A stretch of 28,244 bases of DNA, taken from positions 1-28,244 of IMG/VR virus record IMGVR_UViG_3300036798_000053, one strand, 5' to 3'. A model generated the notes under the pieces. It made no database searches. It was not told where the DNA came from and saw only the letters and a list, made by a program, of their open reading frames with translations. The stretch is from a virus (lineage: Duplodnaviria > Caudoviricetes). Every line of letters begins with the position of its first letter. Positions within the stretch are counted from its first letter, which is position 1. Shown here in pieces: positions 24,969 to 28,244 of this stretch. A program made the position numbers and the translations under genes.

Positions 24969-26201
24969 GACCAAAGCCTCCAACGCATCTGCCGCTCGGC
25001 GCAGGCTGTCAATCATTTCCTTTACAACATCAGTGCTAAGTGAAACCGTGTCAGGCTCACTACGAATAGATGTGATAGTTGCTGCACCGTCCTTCACGGC
25101 GAGCACTTCATCGTCCTCTGCCGGACCATCAGCAAGTTCAACAGGCCCCTGCAACAGATCGAACTTCTGCTTCTTAGCACGCTTTTTCTTAGGTGCCTCG
25201 GTCTCCACACCGGTCGCCTGCAGGATCTTGTTGACGTACACACGATGCTGCATACCACGTCCCGGCACAACGCCGCACTCCACGCCAATGGCCTTGACTT
25301 CGTCAAAAGACTTGGCTTCCAGTTCCTCACGTGTGTACGTGGTAGTAGGCGTAAGGGTCTCCCTGGAAGCAAGTTCCTCCACCAGTTCTTCCAGGTCTTC
25401 CTTGACCAGTTCAACCGACTCGTCCCCTGCAACGATTACCACAGAAGGCTCCAGCACGTCCTCACCTGTCTCTTCATAGTGAATAGCTGCGTCATATGTC
25501 CTAGCACGGATGGCCTTCACGGCATCAACCCATGTCTCGGCCTCGGACACGTCAAGGTCCAGGGCGCTGGCGATGCTCTGGATCTCATGCTGTGCTTCAA
25601 TCTCACCGTCATCAGCCAGCTCGGCCAGCATGTCCAGATCGGGCGCAGCATCGTCATCAGGAGCATCCTCCACGTCATCGACCGCCTCAAGGAGAGCCTG
25701 TGCCTCTGCGCTCAGCTCGTCCGGCTCTTCCTCGGCCCAGCCGTCACCGGTCTCCACGTCCACTTCATGGAACCCTTCCTTGCCAGCGAGATCGTCGTCA
25801 AGTTCATCGTCGTCAAACACAACCTTCTCCAATCCATTGATCAGTGACCGGGTCTGTATCCGGTACTTCGCCGCTTCCTCCAGTACATCATAAAGGGTGT
25901 CGTCGTCATTGGGATCACCCACCAGGATCAGCCTGGCATCCGGCTCAATCTGGAGGACAGCCACAATCTCTTCTGGAAGTCCATGAGATACTGCATACCC
26001 AGCTGTGCTGGCCCAATCATCCAGGTCGCTCATTGTGTCAGTAGGATCATCCCAATCAGGGAGGACCACACGGACCTCGCCCTTTCGATGCTGCTTGAGC
26101 CACCCCTCCACGAAGTCCTCCAACAGCGCCCTGGCATTGTTCCGGTGGACTTCCTGGTCACCTACAAACGCCAGGGTGAGGCGTGCTGTCTCTTCAGCCA
26201 T
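24966..26201 (-). CDS. Large highly acidic protein with a Rho-N/HeH-like helical motif
   Basis: AAGGAG RBS before ATG 26201; D/E-rich; YTREELEAKSFDEVKAIGVECGV...VNKIL. Confidence 0.75.
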   Translation of the reverse strand: MAEETARLTLAFVGDQEVHRNNARALLEDFVEGWLKQHRKGEVRVVLPDWDDPTDTMSDLDDWASTAGYAVSHGLPEEIVAVLQIEPDARLILVGDPNDDDTLYDVLEEAAKYRIQTRSLINGLEKVVFDDDELDDDLAGKEGFHEVDVETGDGWAEEEPDELSAEAQALLEAVDDVEDAPDDDAAPDLDMLAELADDGEIEAQHEIQSIASALDLDVSEAETWVDAVKAIRARTYDAAIHYEETGEDVLEPSVVIVAGDESVELVKEDLEELVEELASRETLTPTTTYTREELEAKSFDEVKAIGVECGVVPGRGMQHRVYVNKILQATGVETEAPKKKRAKKQKFDLLQGPVELADGPAEDDEVLAVKDGAATITSIRSEPDTVSLSTDVVKEMIDSLRRAADALEALV

Positions 26202-26214
26202 TCTTATCTCCTTC

Positions 26215-26511
26215 TTACTTGCTGGAGTTCTTGATGAACCGTATCCAGGCGTCATCGCCAAGTGCTGAGATCCACCGGACTCCCTTGTGCAGAATCAGGG
26301 CCAGCCCAGCGCCCGCCAGACCGTACACAACGGCTGTGCGCCAGTGACCTACCGGGAGTGCCAGGAAGGCCGCTCCGAAGGAGCTGAGGCCCGCTAGAAC
26401 CATCTTGAAGATGGCCCTGCCTATGCCCTCCCCTGTCAGTTTGGGGTATAGCACAACCTTGATCAGCTGCACCGAGAAGAAGGCAGAGAATCCAGTTAGC
26501 AGAAACAGCAC
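26215..26511 (-). CDS. Three-TM membrane protein
   Basis: Three hydrophobic segments; follows the tail gene. Confidence 0.75.
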   Translation of the reverse strand: MLFLLTGFSAFFSVQLIKVVLYPKLTGEGIGRAIFKMVLAGLSSFGAAFLALPVGHWRTAVVYGLAGAGLALILHKGVRWISALGDDAWIRFIKNSSK

Positions 26512-26516
26512 AGCCG

Positions 26517-28244
26517 TTAGTGTAGCCCCGCATTCGTCCAGGCGAGCGCATGGGTGTAGATGGAGAAGGTAGACCCGATGGGGGTGTAGTCGGGCATGAC
26601 CTCGATGAGCCGGTCCAGGCGGGTCAGGACATTGGGGTACCAGGCGGTAGGAGACTTGTTAGGAGTTCCCTCAAACGCATAGTCCGGCGATGGGGAGAAC
26701 GTACCATCAAAGTAGGCCACGTTGACGCCCTGGTTGAACAGGGGAGCAGCCAAGTAGTACGGAGAAGGAATAGACCCAGTACCGGCAGCGACGATCTGCA
26801 TCCGTGCATAGTTTGCTCCAACAGGAGCTGTCACGTTGAGAAGACCGACCTGTGACCACGTACCGGTTGTGGTGTTTACCGTTTGCGTCCCATGCGTAGT
26901 TGAGAGAGGAGATGAGAACGGGTTGGAAGTTGCATACCAGGCAATGTTCACGACCCACTGGTCAACTATTCCCGATCCTGAAGGCTGAACCCAGAAAGAT
27001 CCAGAGTACGCATCAGAAGCATTTATCGGCATGGGAGCTGTCTGGGTATAGAACTGCCAAGACCCATGTCCCGTGATCTTAAACCCGGCATTGACACCAG
27101 CTGGCCAGCGGGGATTAGACGTGGGGCCTGTGCTGACTTCAGTTAGTACTCCACCAAGAGGGGTGGTCCAGCCAAAGCTTCCCGCCAGCCCTTGACCATT
27201 GACGATGAGGTTGCGGGCAGCAGGGAACAGGTTCAGCCACAGGTCCCGTGGAGGCGACCACGCAGTGGGGCCTGGAGTGGCCAACGTGTTAACTTCCAAC
27301 TGCGCTGCATCAAACAGGTGCCGGTCCCCGGTCATGGCGACGTTCACAGACTTGAATGTGCGGCCAACGTACGCAGCTCCCGCAGGAGGGGTGGCCGCTA
27401 CGGACGCACGTACCCACTGTCCTGCAATCTCTTGTACTGGTGCGCCAACTGAGGAGGGAAGAATAGGAGCACCATTGCTGGAATACCAGTCCAGCTGAGC
27501 AACAAAGGACTCAACAATAGGCGTAGCCGCAGGCACTGGCTGGAAGTAACCGGAAAGAACGAGTGTCTGAGGAGTAGCCAGCTGTACAACGGGAATCCCT
27601 AGCGTCGTTGCGTTAGAAGTATTGCACTCACTAATAGCAATACCATACCCTGCCACTGCCCCAGACCACGTATCTCCTTGGACCGTGCCGCCTTCGACTG
27701 ATGTTCCTCCAAAGAGAACCATTTGGGTTCCTGCAACGCTATAGGTCATCATGCCGTCCACTCGGGGAAGTGGTGTAGGAGTTCCAAAGTTCACAGTGCT
27801 CCAGTTTCCTGCCTGGAACTCCCAACTGTCTGTGTAATAAGTAGGTGAGCTAAAAGCGCTTGCACCGCCAAACATAAACACAGCACCAACCGTGGAGTTG
27901 TAAACCATCAACTGGTCGTACCTTGGTTTAGGAATGCCCACAGGAGACAGCTTCGACCACTGATTAGCCACACTACTGAACTGCCAAGTGTCGCTCGATG
28001 TCGTATTGCCAGTTAGTAAGCCTCCAAAAAGAACACTCACACCGGTAGTGGTGTACACCATGCCAGCCTGCGTACGTGCAGAAGGCGGCAGTGTTGGCGA
28101 CAGCGATGCCCACGTGCTTCCTCCAACCGTGTAGGTCCATGTGTCATTCAAGAATCCTGACCCGGTGTTCCCTCCAAACAGGATTACCTTGGACGCATTG
28201 CTGTCATAGACCATTTGGTGGTTATACCGAGCAGCAGGGGGGCC
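26517..28244 (-). CDS. Tail/baseplate protein (5' partial) with Kelch repeats and two carbohydrate-binding-like domains
   Basis: Frame is open to the window edge; four P..R...M.Y...FGG...D[TS]W repeats; two modules with WY...W.......P.GA.Y; YFDG tail-type C-terminus. Confidence 0.85.
   Translation of the reverse strand, partial: GPPAARYNHQMVYDSNASKVILFGGNTGSGFLNDTWTYTVGGSTWASLSPTLPPSARTQAGMVYTTTGVSVLFGGLLTGNTTSSDTWQFSSVANQWSKLSPVGIPKPRYDQLMVYNSTVGAVFMFGGASAFSSPTYYTDSWEFQAGNWSTVNFGTPTPLPRVDGMMTYSVAGTQMVLFGGTSVEGGTVQGDTWSGAVAGYGIAISECNTSNATTLGIPVVQLATPQTLVLSGYFQPVPAATPIVESFVAQLDWYSSNGAPILPSSVGAPVQEIAGQWVRASVAATPPAGAAYVGRTFKSVNVAMTGDRHLFDAAQLEVNTLATPGPTAWSPPRDLWLNLFPAARNLIVNGQGLAGSFGWTTPLGGVLTEVSTGPTSNPRWPAGVNAGFKITGHGSWQFYTQTAPMPINASDAYSGSFWVQPSGSGIVDQWVVNIAWYATSNPFSSPLSTTHGTQTVNTTTGTWSQVGLLNVTAPVGANYARMQIVAAGTGSIPSPYYLAAPLFNQGVNVAYFDGTFSPSPDYAFEGTPNKSPTAWYPNVLTRLDRLIEVMPDYTPIGSTFSIYTHALAWTNAGLH

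Larger units (their letters stand above)
1..28244 (-). mobile_element. Tailed bacteriophage genome segment, probably infecting Actinobacteria
   Basis: Co-oriented, tightly overlapping genes; tail protein, holin, phage-type PolA/RecA/DnaB/primase/SNF2/Cas4/WhiB; no host housekeeping operons. No integrase or att site is seen, so free phage versus prophage cannot be determined. Confidence 0.93.

Noticed and set aside
24596-25012. 138-aa minus-strand ORF spanning the hairpin region
   Set aside because: It overlaps two real genes out of frame, has no clear RBS and shows no recognisable protein features.
478-27498. Numerous plus-strand ORFs in the track (e.g. 10532-11314, 14139-14930, 12824-13468, 18017-18628)
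   Set aside because: They are antisense shadows of well-supported minus-strand genes in GC-rich DNA, with no recognisable motifs.

Overview
This window is a densely packed piece of a tailed phage genome, with essentially all real genes on the minus strand. WhiB, an r1t-type holin and the gene order point to an actinobacterial host and recall Bxz1/E3-like phages (inference). Reading in the direction of transcription (right to left): a Kelch-repeat/carbohydrate-binding tail or baseplate protein, a membrane protein and a large acidic protein; a 121-nt three-hairpin non-coding element; a replication/recombination module (DnaC-like loader, DnaB, primase, SNF2 helicase, SSB, PolA, RecA, two Hjc-like nucleases, WhiB, Cas4-like exonuclease, SpoVS); a deleted HNH gene and a holin; then about 10 kb of small, translationally coupled genes. 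The best candidate for an undescribed system lies in that last region: about 8-10 otherwise unrelated proteins share a short [LV]-[GNSP]-x(1,2)-Q-F peptide, mostly near a terminus. They include two ADP-ribosyltransferase-fold proteins, a ParB/Srx-fold protein and a divergent OGG1-like HhH-GPD glycosylase, which suggests a capsid-packaging or injection tag on an effector set. Also notable are the triple hairpin upstream of dnaC and an Arg-to-Tyr change in PolA motif B. All family calls come from motif recognition by eye; no searches were run.
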